Shown here: positions 25,939 through 32,000 of the stretch, in pieces | How the letters are laid out: each line of letters begins with the position of its first letter | How positions within the stretch are numbered: position 1 is the first letter of the stretch | Assembly (NCBI GenBank): GCA_021498095.1 | Contig: JAIZWK010000001.1 | Coordinates: 1,410,001 to 1,442,000, forward strand | Length of the DNA: 32,000 nucleotides | Source: Candidatus Harpocratesius repetitus | GTDB taxonomy: Archaea; Asgardarchaeota; Lokiarchaeia; Sigyniarchaeales; Promethearchaeaceae | Direction of reading: 5' to 3' | Notes under the pieces: generated by a model | Told to the model about the DNA's origin: nothing | The model's input: only the letters and a program-made list of their open reading frames with translations | Database searches by the model: none | Made by a program: the position numbers and the translations under genes

Positions 25939-26846
25939 ATTCATTATCTGAGAAATCTAATGAAGATTTACTCAAAAAACACAGATATTTAATTATTATT
26001 TGGTATATAGGGACTAATTATCATGGTTCTCAACGTCAACCAGGGAAAAGAACAGTAGAAGATTCACTTATTTGTGCGTTAAAACAAACAAATTATATTA
26101 CTGATTCTGAATCAAGTCAATTTCAAGCAGGTATGAGAACCGATAAAGGAGTCCATGCACGAGAAGCTGCTTATTGTTTTTCTTCTAAGAAGTCCTTAAT
26201 TCCTCGACTAATCGATGCATATCTTCCGAATGATATAGGAATTGTGAAATATGCGGAAGTTCCTCTTGGATTTCATCCTAGATGGTCGTGTTTACAAAAA
26301 GAATACCATTATTATTTACCTCTTTCTCAATCTGAAATTTTGAATCTAAATTTTGAAAAAATTAGATCTGGACTTCAAAAAATTAAAGGAACTCATGATT
26401 TTCGACATTTTTCTAAAACTGATCGTAGTAAACCCAACCAATTCACAAAATTAACTATGATTTCATGTTCAGTGGAAAAAGTTGATAGTGGAATAATATT
26501 CAAGTTTCAATCTCAAGCCTTTCTATGGCAACAGATTCGGAGAACCGTTCATTTTTTAATTAAATTGGGAAATTCACAACGTAATTTAGATGATTTAGAT
26601 GAATTATTAAAAATAAGCAGCAAATCAGAAAAAGTGAAAAAAATTCATCGTGAAAAACCATATCCTGCAAGTGGACTCGTACTCTGGAAGGTCATTTTCC
26701 CTTCAGAGATAAAATTTACACCATACTCAAACGCTTTAATTCAAAAAATAGGTTATTTTCAAAAAAATTATTTAATTCAACAGCAAAATATTCATTGGTT
26801 TCAATTTTTTGGTAATCTTTTACTCGACAAATCGAAAAATCGATAA
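25935..26846 (+). CDS. truA: tRNA pseudouridine(38-40) synthase TruA
   Basis: Y.GT.YHGSQRQP, RTDKGVHA catalytic Asp, FHPR, GTHDFRHFS, FLWQQIR motifs. Confidence 0.95.
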   Translation: MNSLSEKSNEDLLKKHRYLIIIWYIGTNYHGSQRQPGKRTVEDSLICALKQTNYITDSESSQFQAGMRTDKGVHAREAAYCFSSKKSLIPRLIDAYLPNDIGIVKYAEVPLGFHPRWSCLQKEYHYYLPLSQSEILNLNFEKIRSGLQKIKGTHDFRHFSKTDRSKPNQFTKLTMISCSVEKVDSGIIFKFQSQAFLWQQIRRTVHFLIKLGNSQRNLDDLDELLKISSKSEKVKKIHREKPYPASGLVLWKVIFPSEIKFTPYSNALIQKIGYFQKNYLIQQQNIHWFQFFGNLLLDKSKNR

Positions 26847-26884
26847 AAAAAAGATTAGATTGGAAAGAGTTGAATTATCATTAT

Positions 26885-27856
26885 TTATAGATCCATTATT
26901 GCCAATTTTGCCAGCATTGCATTCAGTTGAATTTCTTCTGTAGCACCTTGAGAAAGTCGAAATTCGAATTCTGCCAAAATCTTCAAGATATCAACCTTTG
27001 CTCGCTCTGAAATATCTAAATTAAAAATTTCTTGATGACATTGCTTAATGATATTGCGACCAGAAAGACCATATTGTTTAAAAAGAGTGTCTAATTTACG
27101 CTTTGCAATCATAAATTCTCTCGATAGCGCTGCTTTAAGTAAATGTTGAATTTCTTGTGGGTTGATTTTACCTGTTATTCTATAAACCAGTTCTTCGGTT
27201 ATTTTTTCTCCTAAACTGGCTGCTGCTTGCAAATAATTTACTGCCCGTCGTAAATCTCCATTAACTACATATATTAAAGCTTCAATTGCTTCAGGTTCAA
27301 TTTGTATTTTTTCATTTGAAGCGATGTAGTTAATTCGGCCAACAATTTCTTCTTTTGATAATGGAGAAAAACGGAACATACTGGTACGACTTTGGATTGG
27401 TAAGATAATTTTATTTGAATAATTACAGATGAGAATAAAGCGGCAGTTATGTGTATAATTTTCCATTGTTCTTCGAAGTGCTTGTTGAGCATCAGCTGTA
27501 GTTGAATCTGCTTCATCTAACACTAATATCTTAAAAGGGACACCTTCTGGAGGTTGTGTTTTTGCAAAATCTTTTACATCTGTACGAATAACTCCAATAC
27601 CACGAGCATCACTCGCATTTAATTCTAAATAAGTTGCATTACGTTTCATTTTTGAACCAAACATATCACGAATTAATGCTAATGCACAAGTTGTTTTTCC
27701 TGTTCCAGCCGGTCCTGCAAACATCAAATGCGGCATAGACTTTCCAGATGGTCCAGTAAATACTTGTAATCTTTTTATTATTTCTTTTTGACCAACCACA
27801 TCTTTTAAGTGTCGTGGTCGATATTTTTCCACCCAAGGTTGTTGATTTAGTGACAT
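26885..27856 (-). CDS. rfcS: Replication factor C small subunit
   Basis: PWVEKYRP, GPAGTGKT Walker A, ELNASDARG, LDEAD Walker B, QSR, GDLRRA; 323 aa, no intein. Confidence 0.98.
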   Translation of the reverse strand: MSLNQQPWVEKYRPRHLKDVVGQKEIIKRLQVFTGPSGKSMPHLMFAGPAGTGKTTCALALIRDMFGSKMKRNATYLELNASDARGIGVIRTDVKDFAKTQPPEGVPFKILVLDEADSTTADAQQALRRTMENYTHNCRFILICNYSNKIILPIQSRTSMFRFSPLSKEEIVGRINYIASNEKIQIEPEAIEALIYVVNGDLRRAVNYLQAAASLGEKITEELVYRITGKINPQEIQHLLKAALSREFMIAKRKLDTLFKQYGLSGRNIIKQCHQEIFNLDISERAKVDILKILAEFEFRLSQGATEEIQLNAMLAKLAIMDL

Positions 27857-28165
27857 CTGTTCTTATTTGGGTTTAGAGGCGATTCCATTAAAATTTAAGT
27901 ACTGATGATTTAATAAAAATATTAGTTGGAGCTAATTACCTATAATATATTAATTATTCAATTCTCTTTATAAATTAAATTTTTATTATAGAAGCTAAAA
28001 ACCTCTTTTATTTATTCCATTTTATACGGAATAGTAAATCATTTTTCACAATTCGGCTTATTAAATCTGGTTCTTTGCTGAGAACTATAACAAACTAAAT
28101 AAAGATCGATACATTTATTTAATTGTTCATCTGAATTATATTGTATTGTTACTTATTAAACATAA

Positions 28166-28729
28166 GTGAGTTTAAAATCTATGAGTACCATTAGTAAAAT
28201 CGATGATATTGATAAATCAATAATAAATATGCTTCAAAATAATCCTTATATTACTCATTCTCAAATTGCTAAAGAATTAGATAGAAGTCAACCTGCCATA
28301 GGTGCTCGAATAAAAAAACTTACCGAAAATGGTATATTAGCAACTCAAATCGGTGTGGATTTTTCCAATCCAGAAGTTAATTCTGTTTTGAATCTTGTTA
28401 AAGTAGAATTAACTACTACTCATCCAGAAGATGTATTTAACCTATCTAAAGTATGTCCTTATATAATCAATGCTTTAAAGATAAGTGGAGAATATAATAT
28501 TTTGATGTTTATGGCATGTTCGAGCTTAAAACGCTTGGATACTATTCTTGATCGTCATTTTCGTAATAAAGATTACGTAAAAAAGATAAGAATGGATTTA
28601 GTTACAAGTTATGCCCATTCATTTATTTTGCCTGTCGATTTCATGGCAGAAAACTTCGATAATCCAGATGATCCTTGCAATGTTACAACTTGTCCTCATT
28701 GTGAAACAATTTTAGCAAAACAGAAATAA
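28166..28729 (+). CDS. Lrp/AsnC family transcriptional regulator (paralogue 1)
   Basis: IDDIDKSIINMLQNN...SQIAKEL..SQPAIGARIKKL HTH plus RAM domain (ISGEYNIL). Confidence 0.92.
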   Translation: MSLKSMSTISKIDDIDKSIINMLQNNPYITHSQIAKELDRSQPAIGARIKKLTENGILATQIGVDFSNPEVNSVLNLVKVELTTTHPEDVFNLSKVCPYIINALKISGEYNILMFMACSSLKRLDTILDRHFRNKDYVKKIRMDLVTSYAHSFILPVDFMAENFDNPDDPCNVTTCPHCETILAKQK

Positions 28730-28882
28730 ATCCTTTTTATCTATTTCTTGATCATTTAAAGGTATCAAAGTTCTAAAGGTTATGAAAAATAAAATAATTC
28801 AATAAGAATATAAGTAAATTAAAGGGGCACAAATATATTGTTCTATTGAATGTTATAAATAGTATATCTAAATAAAATTGAA

Positions 28883-29443
28883 ATGATGGGTCTTATGAAA
28901 TACGATGAAATCTTAGAAATTGATGAAACTGATAAGCAAATAATATCAATATTACAAAAAAATCCTGATACTACCCATTCAGTGATAGCAGAAAAAGTTC
29001 ACAAATCACAACCTGCTGTTGGTGCAAGAATTATCAAGTTAAAAAGAAAATTTTTGCTTTCAGAATCTGTTGGAGCAGATTTTAAAGAACTGGATCTAAA
29101 AATGGCTCGAATTGAGATTTCTGCGAAAAATGTTGAAAATCTTTGGACAAGATTTGGGAAATGCCCATATGTTATCAATTGTTTTAAAATGACAGGTGTT
29201 TATAATTTGATGATTGAATTAGTAGCACCAAATGTTCGAACAATTGAAAATTTCGTTGATACATGCTTAAGGAAAGATGCCACAGTAAAAGATGTTAGGG
29301 TTAATTTTGTAATTGATTCATTGCGTAAATATGTTATTCCTCTTAATTTTGAAATTGAACGATATGAAGATCATGGATGCTCATTTGAGTGTGGTGGTCA
29401 ACTTTACAAGAAAGATTTAGCTGAATTACTTAAATCTGCTTAA
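28883..29443 (+). CDS. Lrp/AsnC family transcriptional regulator (paralogue 2)
   Basis: IDETDKQIISILQKN...SQPAVGARIIKL HTH plus RAM domain (MTGVYNLM). Confidence 0.92.
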   Translation: MMGLMKYDEILEIDETDKQIISILQKNPDTTHSVIAEKVHKSQPAVGARIIKLKRKFLLSESVGADFKELDLKMARIEISAKNVENLWTRFGKCPYVINCFKMTGVYNLMIELVAPNVRTIENFVDTCLRKDATVKDVRVNFVIDSLRKYVIPLNFEIERYEDHGCSFECGGQLYKKDLAELLKSA

Positions 29444-29507
29444 TCATTATTATAATTCAAATTTTTTATTTTTACAACATTGTCTTTTTTATTTTATTTC
29501 TTATTAA

Positions 29508-30968
29508 GAGAATTTCTTAATTCCCATGATTCTCAGTTTTGTCTTTTTTCTAATAATCACATAACGGCTACCCCTCCTGTTAATAAACAAGAAATTGATT
29601 TAGATACGGTTTGGAAAGAAATATTCACTTGATCAAGAACCTGATCCAATATTTTTGGTTCATCACGAATAATAAAATAGGAAATCAATAATTCGTTCCA
29701 TATTTCCATTGATCGTCGTCCTCGAAAATCAATAAGTTTTTTAAGCGCACTGAACTCTTTTTCGATAAGGTTGGAGGTTATGTGCATATTTCGAAATTGC
29801 TTGAGGATTATCTTCATTGCGGTGCCCACCACAGTAGAACTTCCACCAAGAGCAGTTATCCAACCTTTTTTTCTGTCATGATTGAAAACATGCACTTTCC
29901 ATCCCTTTTTAGCAGATTTTGCTGGAGGTCGACCACGAGGTTTCCTGTTTTCTGCCTTTTCTTTCTTTTCTGCCGCAATAATATGTTTGGAACGGTTTTT
30001 ACTCCCCTTTTTTCGACCACGCTTTCGATTGCCTAAGCTCTCTTTGGTTGTTTTTACATGTCCTATAAACCATCCAAATGTTGTAGTAATTTCATTCGTT
30101 GTTTTAAAGATTGTTTTAGAAACGTCAAACTCATCATACGAATAGATTTCTACGATAATTCTCCTGTACGGAGGTTTGTGAATATGTCTTACATGTGTGA
30201 GATTTTTGCCTAATTTCCTTGCTACCCCTACATATACTTGAAATCCATCAGATATCAAGAGTTGTAGGCCATATAATAAACGATCTGCACAATTCTTGAC
30301 AATTTCGAATATTATTGCTTTAGTTCGCTTTTTAACTAACTCGACTGCCATAATTTTGTTATTTCCACTCACTACAACAATCAAATACCATGTTTTCCTT
30401 CCGATTTTGAGAAATGTTTCATCGATAAACAAGCAATTACTCCGTCTCCGCTTAGTCTTAAAATATTTCTTGTGTTTAATCGAATTTGAGACTAATTTAA
30501 TAACTTGTAATAGAAGCCTCGAAGTGGTCGATCTTTTTAATTGCAATCTTCTCGATAAAGATTTTACATTTAATCGTCCTCTTTTGAGTGATTGAGAGAT
30601 GATCGTCTTGATATCGGTTTTCAATTCTTTGAAGAAGCGACTAGTATGCGGATAGAAACATCTTCCGCATGTAGTGCAAACAAATTGCTGTGGAGAACCT
30701 TTAACGCTTGTATCTTGGCCATTCTTAGTCAATATATGAACTTCTTCACCGTCTTTTTCATTTGGACAACATATTTTCACATAATCAGTAATGATTTTAG
30801 TCCCAATTGAAATATTTAGTGGAATACATAATCCATCAACCGGAAGTGTATCAATTTCACACGATCTTGACATGATATGGAACGTAACATACAAAACAAT
30901 ATAAATGTTCCAGAATTTTGAAGAAATAATCATTTAATTTTGTCGGTCATGGGAATTGAGAAATTCTC
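29508..30968 (-). mobile_element. Complete insertion sequence, 1461 bp (IS1/IS6/IS1595-like DDE clan; exact family unresolved)
   Basis: 22-bp terminal inverted repeats GAGAATTTCTTAATTCCCATGA (29508-29529) and TCATGGGAATTGAGAAATTCTC (30947-30968), one mismatch; 8-bp direct repeat CTTATTAA at 29500-29507 and 30969-30976. Confidence 0.95.
29557..30933 (-). CDS. DDE transposase (start may be ATG 30873)
   Basis: N-terminal CCP...KNG...QQFVCTTCGRCF Zn ribbon, HTH, IDETF, LISDGFQVY, TSNLIEKEFS catalytic triad; intact ORF. Confidence 0.92.
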   Translation of the reverse strand: MIISSKFWNIYIVLYVTFHIMSRSCEIDTLPVDGLCIPLNISIGTKIITDYVKICCPNEKDGEEVHILTKNGQDTSVKGSPQQFVCTTCGRCFYPHTSRFFKELKTDIKTIISQSLKRGRLNVKSLSRRLQLKRSTTSRLLLQVIKLVSNSIKHKKYFKTKRRRSNCLFIDETFLKIGRKTWYLIVVVSGNNKIMAVELVKKRTKAIIFEIVKNCADRLLYGLQLLISDGFQVYVGVARKLGKNLTHVRHIHKPPYRRIIVEIYSYDEFDVSKTIFKTTNEITTTFGWFIGHVKTTKESLGNRKRGRKKGSKNRSKHIIAAEKKEKAENRKPRGRPPAKSAKKGWKVHVFNHDRKKGWITALGGSSTVVGTAMKIILKQFRNMHITSNLIEKEFSALKKLIDFRGRRSMEIWNELLISYFIIRDEPKILDQVLDQVNISFQTVSKSISCLLTGGVAVM

Positions 30969-31009
30969 CTTATTAAAAAGAAATATTAATTTTCGTCTGT
31001 AAAAAAGAA

Positions 31010-32000
31010 TTAGGAAAATTTTGGAAAAACAAAAATTAAAAATGCGATGTAAATAGCACCTAAAATCACATGAATCAGGGCAAATAAACTTCCTAACTTT
31101 GTTAGCTTTTTGTAATTTACATCTTCTATCCCATAGTATTTGGATAATTCTAATGTCATCATATCTGCAGCAGAACCTTGAGGAAGGAAATTACCACCTA
31201 AATTTATTCCTAAAATAAAAGCAATTAATAAAGGTGTTGATGCGAAACCTGCATCACTAATTAGAATTCGAATAATAGGCAGAAAAATTATCGTTACTGG
31301 GGCATTATCAAGAAATCCTGATAAAATAGATGATATTAGCATTATAAATATTGATATAAAAAAGATATTATGGACAGCTAGTTGTTCTATTGCATTTTCC
31401 AATAACATGACAGTTCCATTATATTCCATTAAGAACACAAGCACAAATAAGCACATAAAGAAATATATGAGTTTGTAATCAACTTTTCTAAGGTATTTTG
31501 ATAAAGAAGGATGAATTTTTCCATTTTTATCTTTTGTAGGATTTAGAAAAACAAAAAGAAGCATTCCCAGTAATCCTGCGACATGAATTTGATGGATGAA
31601 GATAAGGAATAAAAAGAATATGAATAAAGCAATGAGATTCTTGACCAAATTATTTTTTGATGTTTTTATCATTGATAAGCTTGGATCTAAAGCTTTAATT
31701 GATAATAGTGGTGTTAATAATGGTTGTGCTGAAAATTGATGAGATGAATTTTTGGACTTGGATGAATTTTCTTGTAATGAATTAATACTCTTATCTATAA
31801 TATTATTACTGCTTCTTTCCCATTTCTTATTAATTGATTTTCTTAATAATAAAATATCCAGTAATACTAGTGTTAATATTAAAGTAAATACAAAATATAT
31901 TCCAATATTTGAAATAAAGAAGAGAAATGTAAGATTAAATTCATTTGCAATCATCACATTTTCAGCTGAGCCAAATGGTGTTAAAGTTGATGCCAAATTG
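31010..32000 (-). CDS. ArsB/NhaD/SLC13-family (IT superfamily) permease, 5' part outside the window
   Basis: NLASTLTPFGSAEN, SSILSGFLDNAP and GINLGGNFLPQGSAAD motifs; the frame is open to the window edge. Confidence 0.88.
   Translation of the reverse strand, partial: NLASTLTPFGSAENVMIANEFNLTFLFFISNIGIYFVFTLILTLVLLDILLLRKSINKKWERSSNNIIDKSINSLQENSSKSKNSSHQFSAQPLLTPLLSIKALDPSLSMIKTSKNNLVKNLIALFIFFLFLIFIHQIHVAGLLGMLLFVFLNPTKDKNGKIHPSLSKYLRKVDYKLIYFFMCLFVLVFLMEYNGTVMLLENAIEQLAVHNIFFISIFIMLISSILSGFLDNAPVTIIFLPIIRILISDAGFASTPLLIAFILGINLGGNFLPQGSAADMMTLELSKYYGIEDVNYKKLTKLGSLFALIHVILGAIYIAFLIFVFPKFS

Noticed and set aside
26885-27856. Intein in the RFC small subunit (a common archaeal insertion site)
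   Set aside because: The protein is 323 aa and continuous through the Walker A region.
294-30810. Short ORF-track entries antisense to or overlapping longer genes (e.g. 294-530, 2976-3251, 3031-3216, 4216-4467, 7601-7783, 9923-10360, 15217-15483, 21880-22994, 23339-24080, 27274-27516, 29782-30810)
   Set aside because: They lie within well-supported genes and have no motifs; treated as shadow ORFs.
1-32000. tRNA or rRNA genes
   Set aside because: No GC-rich non-coding stretch or T-loop (GTTCRA) cloverleaf was seen in any intergenic region on manual reading.

Overview
AT-rich archaeal chromosomal window, most consistent with an Asgard archaeon of the Lokiarchaeia (Promethearchaeota). The assignment is inferred from archaeal-type informational genes (csl4, rpoL, psmB, gltX, rfcS, truA, METTL5-like methylase), a stand-alone Ras-superfamily GTPase and a C-terminal IPGF-TM-basic (Loki-CTERM-like) sorting signal. 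About 31 CDS are supported, mostly housekeeping. One complete 1461-bp insertion sequence is present (29508-30968; 22-bp terminal inverted repeats, 8-bp target-site duplication CTTATTAA), and its DDE transposase carries two AT-hook-like motifs. The most notable accessory locus is a serine-palmitoyltransferase-like (GTFSKS-type) alpha-oxoamine synthase divergently paired with an extended SDR reductase across an intergenic region rich in GATCAAAA inverted repeats. This is a candidate sphingoid-base pathway in an archaeon. Other oddities: tandem duplications of the rpoL 3' end/terminator, an MtxX (methanogen marker 4) homologue, a stand-alone DUF2156 aminoacyl-transferase-like gene directly upstream of psmB, a very acidic orphan protein and a tandem Lrp pair with Cys-rich tails. 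No rRNA, tRNA or CRISPR array was seen. All product calls come from motif recognition, not database searches.
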